Shown here one piece after another: positions 31,825 to 48,000 of a stretch of 64,000 bases of DNA. Origin of the DNA: the human T2T-CHM13v2.0 reference genome, Homo sapiens; NCBI RefSeq assembly GCF_009914755.1, contig NC_060927.1; one strand, written 5' to 3'. The notes beneath the pieces were generated by a model. That model was not told the origin of the DNA and did not search any database. It saw only the letters and a program-made list of their open reading frames with translations. The first letter of the stretch is position 1. Each line of letters opens with the position of its first letter. The translations under genes were made by a program, and so were the position numbers.

Positions 31825-34800
31825 ATGAAATATCAAAGTTCTCAAACCATATATTATATACTGTACATAAAATATCAAAGTACCCAAGGTATATATTCTA
31901 TACTGTACAAAAAATATCAAAGTACCCAAAGCATGTATTATATACTGTACATAAAATATGAAAGTACATCAAATATATATTTTATTCTGTACATAAAATA
32001 TCAAAGTACACCAGATATATATTCTATAGTGTACATAAAATATCAAAGTACCCAAACTATACATTATATACTGTACATAAAATATGAAATTACATCAAAT
32101 ATATATTATATTAGGTACATGAAATTTGAAAGTACATCAAATATAGATTATATACTGTACATAAAATATGAAAGTACCCCAAATATATATTATATACTCT
32201 ACATGAAATATCAAAGTTCACAAACTATATATTATATACTGTACATAAAATATCAAAGTACCCAAGGTATATATTCTATACTGTACAAAAAATATCAAAG
32301 TATCCAAAGCATGTATTATATACTGTATATAAAATATGAAAGTACATCAAATATATATTTTATTCTGTACATAAAATATCAAAGTACACCAGATATATAT
32401 TCTATAGTGTACATAAAATATCAAAGTACCCAAACTATACATTATATACTGTACATAAAATATGAAATTACAGCAAATATATATTATATTAGGTACATAA
32501 AATATGAAAGTACATCAAATATAGATTATATACTGTACATTAAATACCAAAGTACCCCAAATATATATTTTATACTGTACATGAAATATCAAAGTTCACA
32601 AACTATATATTATATACTGTACATAAAGTATCAATGTACCCAAGGTATATATTCTATACTGCACAAAAAATATCAAAGTACCCAAAGCATGTATTATATA
32701 CTGTATATAAAATATGAAAGTACATCAAATATATATTTTATTCTGTACATAAAATATCAAAGTACACCAGATATATATTCTATAGTGTACATAAAATATC
32801 AAAGTACCCAAACTATACATTATATACTGTACATAAAATATGAAATTACATCAAATATATATTATATTAGGTACATAAAATACGAAAGTACATCAAATAT
32901 AGATTATATACTGTACATAAAATATCAAAGTACCCCAATATATATTATATACTGTACATGAAATATCAAAGTTCACAAACTATATATTATGTACTGTACA
33001 TAAAATATCAAAGTACCCAAGGTATATATTCTATACTGTACAAAAAATATCAAAGTACCCAAAGCATGTATTATATAATGTACATAAAATATGAAAGTAC
33101 ATCAAATATATATTTTATTCTGTACATAAAATATCAAAGTACACCAGATATATATTCTATAGCGTACATAAAATATCAAAGTACACAAACTATACATTAT
33201 ATACTGTACATAAAATATGAAATTACATCAAATATATATTATATTAGGTACATAAAATATGAAAGTACATCAAATATAGATTATATACTGTAAATATAAT
33301 ATCAATGTAACCCAAATATATATTTTATACTCTACATGAAATATCAAAGTTCACAAACCATATATTATATACTGTACATAAAATATCAAAGTACCCAAGG
33401 TATATATTCTATACTGTACAAAAAATATCAAAGTACCCAAAGCATGTATCATATACTGTACATAAAGTATGAAAGTACATCAAATATATATTTTATTCTG
33501 TACATAAAATATCAAAGTACACCAGATATATATTCTATAGTGTACATAAAATATCAAAGTACCCAAACTATACATTATATACTGTACATAAAATATGAAA
33601 TTACATCAAATATATATTATATTAGGTACATGAAATTTGAAAGTACATCAAATATAGATTATATACTTTACATAAAATATGAAAGTACCCCAAATATATA
33701 TTATATACTCTACATGAAATATCAAAGTTCACAAACTATATATTATATACTGTACATAAAATATCAAAGTACCCAAGGTATATATTCTATACTGTACAAA
33801 AAATATCAAAGTATCCAAAGCATGTATTATATACTGTATATAAAATATGAAAGTACATCAAATATATATTTTATTCTGTACATAAAATATCAAAGTACAC
33901 CAGATATATATTCTATAGTGTACATAAAATATCAAAGTACCCAAACTATACATTATATACTGTACATAAAATATGAAATTACAGCAAATATATATTATAT
34001 TAGGTACATAAAATATGAAAGTACATCAAATATAGATTATATACTGTACATTAAATACCAAAGTACCCCAAATATATATTTTATACTGTACATGAAATAT
34101 CAAAGTTCACAAACTATATATTATATACTGTACATAAAATATCAATGTACCCAAGGTATATATTCTATACTGCACAAAAAATATCAAAGTACCCAAAGCA
34201 TGTATTATATACTGTATATAAAATATGAAAGTACATCAAATATATATTTTATTCTGTACATAAAATATCAAAGTACACCAGATATATATTCTATAGTGTA
34301 CATAAAATATCAAAGTACCCAAACTATACATTATATACTGTACATAAAATATGAAATTACATCAAATATATATTATATTAGGTACATAAAATACGAAAGT
34401 ACATCAAATATAGATTATATACTGTACATAAAATATCAAAGTACCCCAATATATATTGTATACTGTACATGAAATATCAAAGTTCACAAACTATATATTA
34501 TGTACTGTACATAAAATATCAAAGTACCCAAGGTATATATTCTATACTGTACAAAAAATATCAAAGTACCCAAAGCATGTATTATATAATGTACATAAAA
34601 TATGAAAGTACATCAAATATATATTTTATTCTGTACATAAAATATCAAAGTACACCAGATATATATTCTATAGCGTACATAAAATATCAAAGTACACAAA
34701 CTATACATTATATACTGTACATAAAATATGAAATTACATCAAATATATATTATATTAGGTACATAAAATATGAAAGTACATCAAATATAGATTATATACT

Positions 34801-34846
34801 GTAAATATAATATCAATGTACCCCAAATATATATTTTATACTCTAC
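31825..34846. repeat. Tandem duplication of a 1511-bp 4-unit block
   Basis: 31825/33336 and 32958/34469 share markers (gaaatttgaa, agtatcc, tacagca, caatgtacc/ctgcac) at offset 1511, with a few private SNVs. Confidence 0.88.
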
Positions 34847-37800
34847 ATGAAATATCAAAGTTCACAAACCATATATTATATACTGTACATAAAATATCAA
34901 AGCACCCAAGGTATATATTCTATACTGTACAAAAAATATCAAAGTATCCAAAGCATGTATTATATACTGTATATAAAATATGAAAGTACATCAAATATAT
35001 ATTTTATTCTGTACATAAAATATCAAAGTACACCAGATATATATTCTATAGCGTACATAAAATATCAAAGTACACAAACTATACATTATATACTGTACAT
35101 AAAATATGAAATTACATCAAATATATATTATATTAGGTACATAAAATATGAAAGTACATCAAATATAGATTATATACTGTAAATATAATATCAATGTACC
35201 CCAAATATATATTTTATACTCTACATGAAATATCAAAGTTCACAAACCATATATTATACACTGTACATAAAATATCAAAGTACCCAAGGTATATATTCTA
35301 TACTGTACAAAAAATATCAAAGTACCCAAAGCATGTATTATATACTGTACATAAAATATGAAAGTACATCAAATATATATTTTATTCTGTACATAAAATA
35401 TCAAAGTACACCAGATATATATTCTATAGTGTACATAAAATATCAAAGTACCCAAACTATACATTATATACTGTACATAAAATATGAAATTACATCAAAT
35501 ATATATTATATTAGGTACATGAAATATGAAAGTACATCAAATATAGATTATATACTGTACATAAAATATGAAAGTACCCCAAATATATATTATATACTCT
35601 ACATGAAATATCAAAGTTCACAAACTATATATTATATACTGTACATAAAATATCAAAGTACCCAAGGTATATATTCTATACTGTACAAAAAATATCAAAG
35701 TATCCAAAGCATGTATTATATACTGTATATAAAATATGAAAGTACATCAAATATATATTTTATTCTGTACATAAAATATCAAAGTACACCAGATATATAT
35801 TCTATAGTGTAGATAAAATATCAAAGTACCCAAACTATACATTATATACTGTACATAAAATATGAAATTACAGCAAATATATATTATATTAGGTACATAA
35901 AATATGAAAGTACATCAAATATAGATTATATACTCTACATTAAATACCAAAGTACCCCAAATATATATTTTATACTGTACATGAAATATCAAAGTTCACA
36001 AACTATATATTATATACTGTACATAAAATATCAATGTACCCAAGGTATATATTCTATACTGCACAAAAAATATCAAAGTACCCAAAGCATGTATTATATA
36101 CTGTATATAAAATATGAAAGTACATCAAATATATATTTTATTCTGTACATAAAATATCAAAGTACACCAGATATATATTCTATAGTGTACATAAAATATC
36201 AAAGTACCCAAACTATACATTATATACTGTACATAAATATGAAATTACATCAAATATATATTATGTTAGGTACATAAAATATGAAAGTACATGAAGTATA
36301 GATTATATACTGTAGATAAAATATCAAAGTACCCCAAATTTATATTATATACTATACATGAAATATCAAAGTTCACAAACTATATATTATATACTGTACA
36401 TAAAATATCAAAGTACCCAAGGCATATATTCTATAGTGTACAAAAAATATCAAAGTACCCAAAGCATGTATTATATACCGTACATAAAATATAAAATTAC
36501 ATCAAATATATATTTTATTCTGTACATAAAATATCAAAGTACACCAGATATATATACTATAGTGTACATAAAATATCAAAGTACCCAAACTATACATTAT
36601 ACACTGTACATAAAATATGAAATTACATCAAATATATATTAGGTACATAAAATATGAAAGTACATCAAATATAGATTATATACTGTAAATATTATATCAA
36701 TGTAACCCAAATATATATTTTATACTCTACATGAAATATCAAAGTTCACAAACCATATATTATATACTGTACATAAAATATCAAAGTACCCAAGGTATAT
36801 ATTCTATACTGAACAAAAAATATCAAAGTACCCAAAGCATGTATTATATACTGTACATAAAATATGAAAGTACATCAAATATATATTCTATTCTGTACAT
36901 AAAATATCAAAGTACACCAGATATATATTCTATAGTGTACATAAAATATCAAAGTACCCAAACTATACATTATATACTGTACATAAAATATGAAATTACA
37001 TCAAATATATATTATATTAGGTACATGAAATATGAAAGTACATCAAATATAGATTATATACTGTACATAAAATATGAAAGTACCCCAAATATATATTATA
37101 TACTCTACATGAAATATCAAAGTTCACAAACTATATATTATATACTGTACATAAAATATCAAAGTACCCAAGGTATATATTCTATACTGTACAAAAAATA
37201 TCAAAGTATCCAAAGCATGTATTATATACTGTATATAAAATATGAAAGTACATCAAATATATATTTTATTCTGTACATAAAATATCAAAGTACACCAGAT
37301 ATATATTCTATAGTGTACATAAAATATCAAAGTACCCAAACTATACATTATATACTGTACATAAAATATGAAATTACATCAAATATATATTATATTAGGT
37401 ACATAAAATATGAAAGTACATCAAATATAGATTATATACTGTACATTAAATACCAAAGTACCCCAAATATATATTTTATACTGTACATGAAATATCAAAG
37501 TTCACAAACTATATATTATATACTGTACATAAAATATCAATGTACCCAAGGTATATATTCTATACTGCACAAAAAATATCAAAGTACCCAAAGCATGTAT
37601 TATATACTGTATATAAAATATGAAAGTACATCAAATATATATTTTATTCTGTACATAAAATATCAAAGTACACCAGATATATATTCTATAGTGTACATAA
37701 AATAACAAAGTACACAAACTATAAATTATATCCTGTACATAAAATATGAAATTACATCAAATATATATTAGGTACATAAAATATGAAAGTACATCAAATA

Positions 37801-40800
37801 TAGATTATATACTGTACATTAAGTACCAAAGTACACCAAATATATATTTTATACTCTACATGAAATATCAAAGTTCACAAACCATATATTATATACTGTG
37901 CATAAAATATCAAAGTACCCAAAGCATGTATTATATACTATACATAAAATATGAAATTACATCAAATATATATTTTATTCTGTACATAAAATATCAAAGT
38001 ACACCAGATATATATTCTATAGTGTACATAAAATATCAAAGTACCCAAACTATACATTATATACTGTACATAAAATGTGAAATTACATCAAATATATATT
38101 ATATTAGGTACATAAAATATGAAAGTACATCAAATATAGATTATATACTGTACATTAAATACCAATATACCCCAAATATATATTTTATACTGTACATGAA
38201 ATATCAAAGTTCACACACTATATATTATATACTGTACATAAAATATCAAAGTACCCAAGGTATATATTCTATACTGTACAAAAAACATCAAAGTACCCAA
38301 AGCATGTATTATATACTGTACATAAAATATGAAAGTACATCAAATATATATTTTATTCTGTACATAAAATATCAAAGTACACCAGATATATATTCTATAG
38401 TGTACATAAAATAACAAAGTACCCAAACTATACATTATATACTGTACATAAAATATGAAATTACATCAAATATATATTATATTAGGTACATAAAATATGA
38501 AAGTACATCAAATATAGATTATATACTGTACATAAAATATCAAAGTACCCCAAATATATATTATATACTCTACATGAAATATCAAAGTTCACAAACCATA
38601 TATTATATACTGTACATAAAATATCAAAGCACCCAAGGTATATATTCTATACTGTACAAAAAATATCAAAGTATCCAAAGCATGTATTATATACTGTATA
38701 TAAAATATGAAAGTACATCAAATATATATTTTATTCTGTACATAAAATATCAAAGTACACCAGATATATATTCTATAGCGTACATAAAATATCAAAGTAC
38801 ACAAACTATACATTATATACTGTACATAAAATATGAAATTACATCAAATATATATTATATTAGGTACATAAAATATGAAAGTACATCAAATATAGATTAT
38901 ATACTGTAAATATAATATCAATGTACCCCAAATATATATTTTATACTCTACATGAAATATCAAAGTTCACAAACCATATATTATACACTGTACATAAAAT
39001 ATCAAAGTACCCAAGGTATATATTCTATACTGTACAAAAAATATCAAAGTACCCAAAGCATGTATTATATACTGTACATAAAATATGAAAGTACATCAAA
39101 TATATATTTTATTCTGTACATAAAATATCAAAGTACACCAGATATATATTCTATAGTGTACATAAAATATCAAAGTACCCAAACTATACATTATATACTG
39201 TACATAAAATATGAAATTACATCAAATATATATTATATTAGGTACATGAAATATGAAAGTACATCAAATATAGATTATATACTGTACATAAAATATGAAA
39301 GTACCCCAAATATATATTATATACTCTACATGAAATATCAAAGTTCACAAACTATATATTATATACTGTACATAAAATATCAAAGTACCCAAGGTATATA
39401 TTCTATACTGTACAAAAAATATCAAAGTATCCAAAGCATGTATTATATACTGTATATAAAATATGAAAGTACATCAAATATATATTTTATTCTGTACATA
39501 AAATATCAAAGTACACCAGATATATATTCTATAGTGTAGATAAAATATCAAAGTACCCAAACTATACATTATATACTGTACATAAAATATGAAATTACAG
39601 CAAATATATATTATATTAGGTACATAAAATATGAAAGTACATCAAATATAGATTATATACTCTACATTAAATACCAAAGTACCCCAAATATATATTTTAT
39701 ACTGTACATGAAATATCAAAGTTCACAAACTATATATTATATACTGTACATAAAATATCAATGTACCCAAGGTATATATTCTATACTGCACAAAAAATAT
39801 CAAAGTACCCAAAGCATGTATTATATACTGTATATAAAATATGAAAGTACATCAAATATATATTTTATTCTGTACATAAAATATCAAAGTACACCAGATA
39901 TATATTCTATAGTGTACATAAAATATCAAAGTACCCAAACTATACATTATATACTGTACATAAATATGAAATTACATCAAATATATATTATGTTAGGTAC
40001 ATAAAATATGAAAGTACATGAAGTATAGATTATATACTGTAGATAAAATATCAAAGTACCCCAAATTTATATTATATACTATACATGAAATATCAAAGTT
40101 CACAAACTATATATTATATACTGTACATAAAATATCAAAGTACCCAAGGCATATATTCTATAGTGTACAAAAAATATCAAAGTACCCAAAGCATGTATTA
40201 TATACCGTACATAAAATATAAAATTACATCAAATATATATTTTATTCTGTACATAAAATATCAAAGTACACCAGATATATATACTATAGTGTACATAAAA
40301 TATCAAAGTACCCAAACTATACATTATACACTGTACATAAAATATGAAATTACATCAAATATATATTAGGTACATAAAATATGAAAGTACATCAAATATA
40401 GATTATATACTGTAAATATTATATCAATGTAACCCAAATATATATTTTATACTCTACATGAAATATCAAAGTTCACAAACCATATATTATATACTGTACA
40501 TAAAATATCAAAGTACCCAAGGTATATATTCTATACTGAACAAAAAATATCAAAGTACCCAAAGCATGTATTATATACTGTACATAAAATATGAAAGTAC
40601 ATCAAATATATATTCTATTCTGTACATAAAATATCAAAGTACACCAGATATATATTCTATAGTGTACATAAAATATCAAAGTACCCAAACTATACATTAT
40701 ATACTGTACATAAAATATGAAATTACATCAAATATATATTATATTAGGTACATGAAATATGAAAGTACATCAAATATAGATTATATACTGTACATAAAAT

Positions 40801-42300
40801 ATGAAAGTACCCCAAATATATATTATATACTCTACATGAAATATCAAAGTTCACAAACTATATATTATATACTGTACATAAAATATCAAAGTACCCAAGG
40901 TATATATTCTATACTGTACAAAAAATATCAAAGTATCCAAAGCATGTATTATATACTGTATATAAAATATGAAAGTACATCAAATATATATTTTATTCTG
41001 TACATAAAATATCAAAGTACACCAGATATATATTCTATAGTGTACATAAAATATCAAAGTACCCAAACTATACATTATATACTGTACATAAAATATGAAA
41101 TTACATCAAATATATATTATATTAGGTACATAAAATATGAAAGTACATCAAATATAGATTATATACTGTACATTAAATACCAAAGTACCCCAAATATATA
41201 TTTTATACTGTACATGAAATATCAAAGTTCACAAACTATATATTATATACTGTACATAAAATATCAATGTACCCAAGGTATATATTCTATACTGCACAAA
41301 AAATATCAAAGTACCCAAAGCATGTATTATATACTGTATATAAAATATGAAAGTACATCAAATATATATTTTATTCTGTACATAAAATATCAAAGTACAC
41401 CAGATATATATTCTATAGTGTACATAAAATAACAAAGTACACAAACTATAAATTATATCCTGTACATAAAATATGAAATTACATCAAATATATATTAGGT
41501 ACATAAAATATGAAAGTACATCAAATATAGATTATATACTGTACATTAAGTACCAAAGTACACCAAATATATATTTTATACTCTACATGAAATATCAAAG
41601 TTCACAAACCATATATTATATACTGTGCATAAAATATCAAAGTACCCAAAGCATGTATTATATACTATACATAAAATATGAAATTACATCAAATATATAT
41701 TTTATTCTGTACATAAAATATCAAAGTACACCAGATATATATTCTATAGTGTACATAAAATATCAAAGTACCCAAACTATACATTATATACTGTACATAA
41801 AATGTGAAATTACATCAAATATATATTATATTAGGTACATAAAATATGAAAGTACATCAAATATAGATTATATACTGTACATTAAATACCAATATACCCC
41901 AAATATATATTTTATACTGTACATGAAATATCAAAGTTCACACACTATATATTATATACTGTACATAAAATATCAAAGTACCCAAGGTATATATTCTATA
42001 CTGTACAAAAAACATCAAAGTACCCAAAGCATGTATTATATACTGTACATAAAATATGAAAGTACATCAAATATATATTTTATTCTGTACATAAAATATC
42101 AAAGTACACCAGATATATATTCTATAGTGTACATAAAATAACAAAGTACCCAAACTATACATTATATACTGTACATAAAATATGAAATTACATCAAATAT
42201 ATATTATATTAGGTACATAAAATATGAAAGTACATCAAATATAGATTATATACTGTACATAAAATATCAAAGTACCCCAAATATATATTATATACTCTAC
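34847..42300. repeat. Tandem duplication of a 3727-bp 10-unit block (34847-38573, 38574-42300)
   Basis: All ORF-track entries repeat identically at +3727. Rare markers are duplicated (agcaccc, gtgtagata, tatgttagg, tatcctg, ctgtgcata, aaatgtgaa, tcacacac). 6x378 + 377 + 2x373 + 336 = 3727. Confidence 0.95.
37860..38195. repeat. 336-bp 8-monomer variant (monomer 2/3 fusion); second copy at 41587
   Basis: ctgtgcataaaatatcaaagtacccaaagcatg: the start of monomer 2 runs directly into the end of monomer 3. The next unit starts 336 bp later. Confidence 0.9.
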
Positions 42301-44179
42301 ATGAAATATCAAAGTTCACAAACTATATATTATATACTGTACATAAAATATCAAAGTACCCAAGGTATATATTCCATACTGTACAAAAAATATCAAAGTA
42401 TCCAAAGCATGATTTATATACTGTATATAAAATATGAAAGTACATTAAAGATATATTTTATTCTGTACATAAAATATCAAAATACACCAGATATATATTC
42501 TATAGTGTACATAAAATAACAAAGTACACAAACTATAAATTATATACTGTACATAAAATATGAAATTACATCAAATATATATTAGGTACATAAAATATGA
42601 AAGTACATCAAATATAGATTATATACTGTACATATAATATCAATGTACCCCAAATATATATTTTATACTCTACATGAAATATCAAAGTTCACAAACCATA
42701 CATTATATACTGTACATAAAATATCAAAGTACCCAAGTTATATATTCTATACTGTACAAAAGATATCAAAGTACCCAAAGCATGTATTATATACTGTATA
42801 TAAAATATGAAAGTACATCAAATATATATTATATACTGTACATAAAATATCAAAGTACACCAGATATATATTTTATAGTGTACATAAAATATCAAAGTAC
42901 CCAAACTATAAATTATATACTGAACATAAAATATGAGATTACATCAAATATATATTATATTAGGTACATAAAATATGAAAGTACATCAGATATAGATTAT
43001 ATACTGTACATACAATATCAAAGTACCCCAAATATATATTATATACTCTACATGAAATATCAAAGTTCACAAACTATATATTATATACTGTACATAAAAT
43101 ATCAAAGTACCCAAGGTATATATTCTATACTGTACAAAAAATATCAAAATACCCAAAGCATGTATTATATACTGTATATAAAATATGAAAATACATTAAA
43201 TATATATTTTTTCTGTACATAAAATATCAAAGTACACCAGATATATATTCTATAGTGTACATAAAATAACAAAGTACACAAACTATAAATTATATACTGT
43301 ACGTAAAATATGAAATTACATCAAATATATATTAGGTACATAAAATATGAAAGTACATCAAATATAGATTATATACTGTACATATAATATCAATGTACCC
43401 CAAATATATATTTTATACTCTACATGAAATATCAAAGTTCACAAACCATACATTATATACTTTCCATAAAATATCAAAGTACCCATGGCATATATTCTAT
43501 ACTGTACAAAAGATATCAAAGTACCCAAAGCATGTATTATATACTGTACATAAAATATGAAAGTACATCAAATATATATTTTATTCTGTACATAAAATAT
43601 CAAAGTACACCAGATATATATTCTATAGTGTACATAAAATATCAAAGTACCCAAACTATATATTATATACTGTACATAAAATATGAAATTACATCAAATA
43701 TGTATTATATTAGGTACATAAAATATGAAAGTACATCAAATATAGATTATATACCGTACATAAAATATCAAAGTACCCCAAATATATATTATATACTATA
43801 CATGAAATATCAAATATCACAAACTATATATTATATACTGTACATAAAATATCAAAGTACCCAATGTATATATTCTATAGTGTACAAAAAATATCAAAGT
43901 ACCCAAAGCATGTATTATATACTGTACATAAAATATAAAAGTACATCAAATATATATTTTATTCTGTACATAAAATATGAAAGTACACCAGATATATATT
44001 CTATAGTGTACATAAAATATCAAAGTACCCAAACTATACATTATATACTGTACATAAAATATGAAATTACATCAAATATATATTATATTAGGTACTTAAA
44101 ATATGAAAGTACATCAAATATAGATTATATACTGTACATAAAATATCAAAGTACCCCAAATATATATTATATACTCTAC

Positions 44180-44430
44180 ATGAAATATCAAAGTTCACAA
44201 CTATATATTATATACTGTACATAAAATATCAAAGTCCCCAAGGTATATATTCTATACTGTACAAAAAATATCAAAGTACACAAAGCATGTATTATATACT
44301 GTACATAAAATATGAAATTACATCAAATATATATTATATTAGGTACATAAAATATGAAAGTACATCAAATATAGATTATATACTGTACATAAAATATCAA
44401 AGTACCCCAAATATATATTATATACTGTAC
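44180..44430. repeat. 251/252-bp 6-monomer variant lacking monomers 4-6; second copy at 58802-59053
   Basis: Monomer 3 (agtacacaaagcatg) is followed directly by monomer 7 (gaaattacatc...attagg). In both copies the next unit starts atgtaatatc. Confidence 0.9.
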
Positions 44431-45013
44431 ATGTAATATCAAAGTTCACAACTATATATTACATACTGTACATAAAATATCAAAGTACCCTAGGTATATA
44501 TTCTATACTGTACAAAAAATATCAAAGTACCCAAAGCATGTATTATATACTGTACATAAAATATGAAAGTACATCAAATATATATTTTATTCTGTACATA
44601 AAATATCAAAGTACACCAGATATATATTCTATAGTGTATATAAAATATCAAAGTACCCAAACTATACATTATATACTGTACATAAAATATGAAATTACAT
44701 CAAATATATATTATATTAGGTACATAAAATATGAAAGTACATGAAGTATAGATTATATACTGTACATAAAATATCAAAGTACCCCAAATTTAAATTATAT
44801 ACTATACATGAAATATCAAAGTTCACAAACTATATATTATATACTGTACATAAAATATCAAAGTACCCAAGGTATATATTCTATAGTGTACAAAAAATAT
44901 CAAAGTACCCAAAGCATGTATTATATACCGTACATAAAATATAAAATTACATCAAATATATATTTTATTCTGTACATAAAATATCAAAGTACACCAGATA
45001 TATATTCTATAGA

Positions 45014-48000
45014 GTACATAAAATATCAAAGTACCCAAACTATACATTACATACTGTACATAAAATATGAAATTACATCAAATATATATTATAATAGGTA
45101 CATAAAATATGAAAGTACATCAAATATAGATTATATACTGTACATTAAATACGAAAGTACCCCAAATATATATTTTATACTGTACATGAAATATTAAAGT
45201 ACCCAAGGTATATATTCTATACTGTACAAAAAATATCAAAGTACCCAAAGCATGTATTACAAACTGTACATAAAATATGAAAGTCCATCAAATATATATT
45301 TTATTCTGTACATAAAATATCAAAGTACACCAGATATATATTCTATAGTGTACATAAAATATCAAAGTACCCAAACTATACATTATATACTGTACATAAA
45401 ATATGAAATTACATCAAATATATATTATATTAGGTACATAAAATATGAAAGTACATCAAATATAGATTATATACTGTACATTAAGTACCAAAGTACCCCA
45501 AATATATATTTTATACTGTACATGAAATATCAAAGTTCACAAACTATATATTATATACTGTACATAAAATATCAAAGTACCCAAGGTATATATTCTATAC
45601 TGTACAAAAAATATCAAAGTACCCAAAGCATGTATTATATACTGTACATAAAGTATGAAAGTACATCAAATATATATTTTATTCTGTACATAAAATATCG
45701 AGGTACACCAGATATATATTCTATAGTGTACATAAAATATCAAAGTACCCAAACTATAAATTATATACTGTACATAAAATATGAAATTATATCAAATATA
45801 TATTATATTAGGTACATAAAATATGAAAGGACATCAAATATAGATTATATACTCTACATTAAATACCAAAGTACCCCAAATATATATTTTATACTGTACA
45901 TGAAATATCAAAGTTCACAAACTATATATTATATACTGTACATAAAATATCAAAGTACCCAAGGTATATATTCTATACTGTACAAAAGATATCAAAGTAC
46001 CCAAAGCATGTATTATATACTGTACATAAAATATGAAAGTACATCATATATATATTTTATTCTGTACATAAAATATTAAAGTACACCAGATATATATTCT
46101 ATAGTGTACATAAAATATCAACGTACCCAAACTATACATTATATACTGTACATAAAATATGAAATTACATCAAATATATATTAAGTACATAAAATATGAA
46201 AGTACATCAAATATGGATTATATACTGTACATAAAATATCAATGTACACCAAATATATATTATATACTCTACATGAAATATCAAAGTTCACAAACTATAT
46301 ATTGTATACTGTCCATAAAATATCAAAGTACCCAAGGTATATATTCTATACTGTACAAAAAATATCAAAGTACCCAAAGGATGTATTATATAATGTACAT
46401 AAAATATGAAAGTACATCAAATATATATTTTATTCTGTACATAAAATATCAAAGAACACCAGATATATATTCTATAGTGTACATAAAATATCAAAGTACC
46501 CAAACTATACATTATATACTGTACATAAAATATGAAATTACATCATATATATATTAGGTACATAAAATATGAAAGTACATCAAATATATATTTTATTCTG
46601 TACATAAAATATCAAAGTACACCAGATATATATTCTATAGTGTACATAAAATAACAAAGTACACAAACTATAAATTATATACTGTACATAAAATATGAAA
46701 TTACATCAAATATATATTAGGTACATAAAATATGAAAGTACATCAAATATAGATTATATACTGTACATATAATATCAATGTACCCAAAATATATATTTTA
46801 TACTCTACATGAAATATCAAAGTTCACAAACCATATATTGTATACTGCACATAAAATATCAAAATACCCAAGGTATATATTCTATACTGTACAAAAAATA
46901 TCAAAGTACCCAAAGCAGGTATTATATACTGTATATAAAATATGAAAGTACATCAAATATATATTTTATTCTGTACATAAAATATCAAAGTACACCAGAT
47001 ATATATTCTATAGTGTACATAAAATATCAAGGTACCCAAACTATACATTATATACTGTACATAAAATATGAAATTACATCAAATATATATTATATTAGGT
47101 ACATAAAATACGAAAGTACATCAAATATAGATTATATACTGTACATAAAATATCAAAGTACCCCAATATATATTATATACTGTACATGAAATATCAAAGT
47201 TCACAAACTATATATTATGTACTGTACATAAAATATCAAAGTACCCAAGGTATATATTCTATACTGTACAAAAAATATCAAAGTACCCAAAGCATGTATT
47301 ATATAATGTACATAAAATATGAAAGTACATCAAATATATATTTTATTCTGTACATAAAATATCAAAGAACACCAGATATATATTCTATAGTGTACATAAA
47401 ATATCAAAGTACCCAAACTATACATTATATACTGTACATAAAATATGAAATTACATCATATATATATTAGGTACATAAAATATGAAAGTACATCAAATAT
47501 ATATTTTATTCTGTACATAAAATATCAAAGTACAGCAGATATATATTCTATAGTGTACATAAAATAACAAAGTACACAAACTATAAATTATATACTGTAC
47601 ATAAAATATGAAATTACATCAAATATATAGTAGGTACATAAAATATGAAAGTACATCAAATATAGATTATATACTGTACATATAATATCAATGTACCCAA
47701 AATATATATTTTATACTCTACATGAAATATCAAAGTTCACAAACCATATATTGTATACTGCACATAAAATATCAAAATACCCAAGGTATATATTCTATAC
47801 TGTACAAAAAATATCAAAGTACCCAAAGCAGGTATTATATACTGTACATAAAATATGAAAGTACATCAAATATATATTTTATTCTGTACATAAAATATCA
47901 AAGTACACCAGATATATATTCTATAGCGTACATAAAATATCAAAGTACACAAACTATACATTATATACTGTACATAAAATATGAAATTACATCAAATATA

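Larger units (their letters stand above)
1976..33290. repeat. 6575-bp, 17-unit super-repeat: three instances starting at 1976, 18679 and 27517, two with internal expansions and the last truncated
   Basis: Offset 6575 holds for 22075/28650, 22453/29028, 23207/29782, 24121/30696, 25250/31825 and 26383/32958. The marker unit with ctgtacacaaaat and ggtaaatg, followed by gttcgcaa, starts at 1976, 18679 and 27517. 18679-1976 = 6575+2x5064; 27517-18679 = 6575+2263. Confidence 0.9.
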
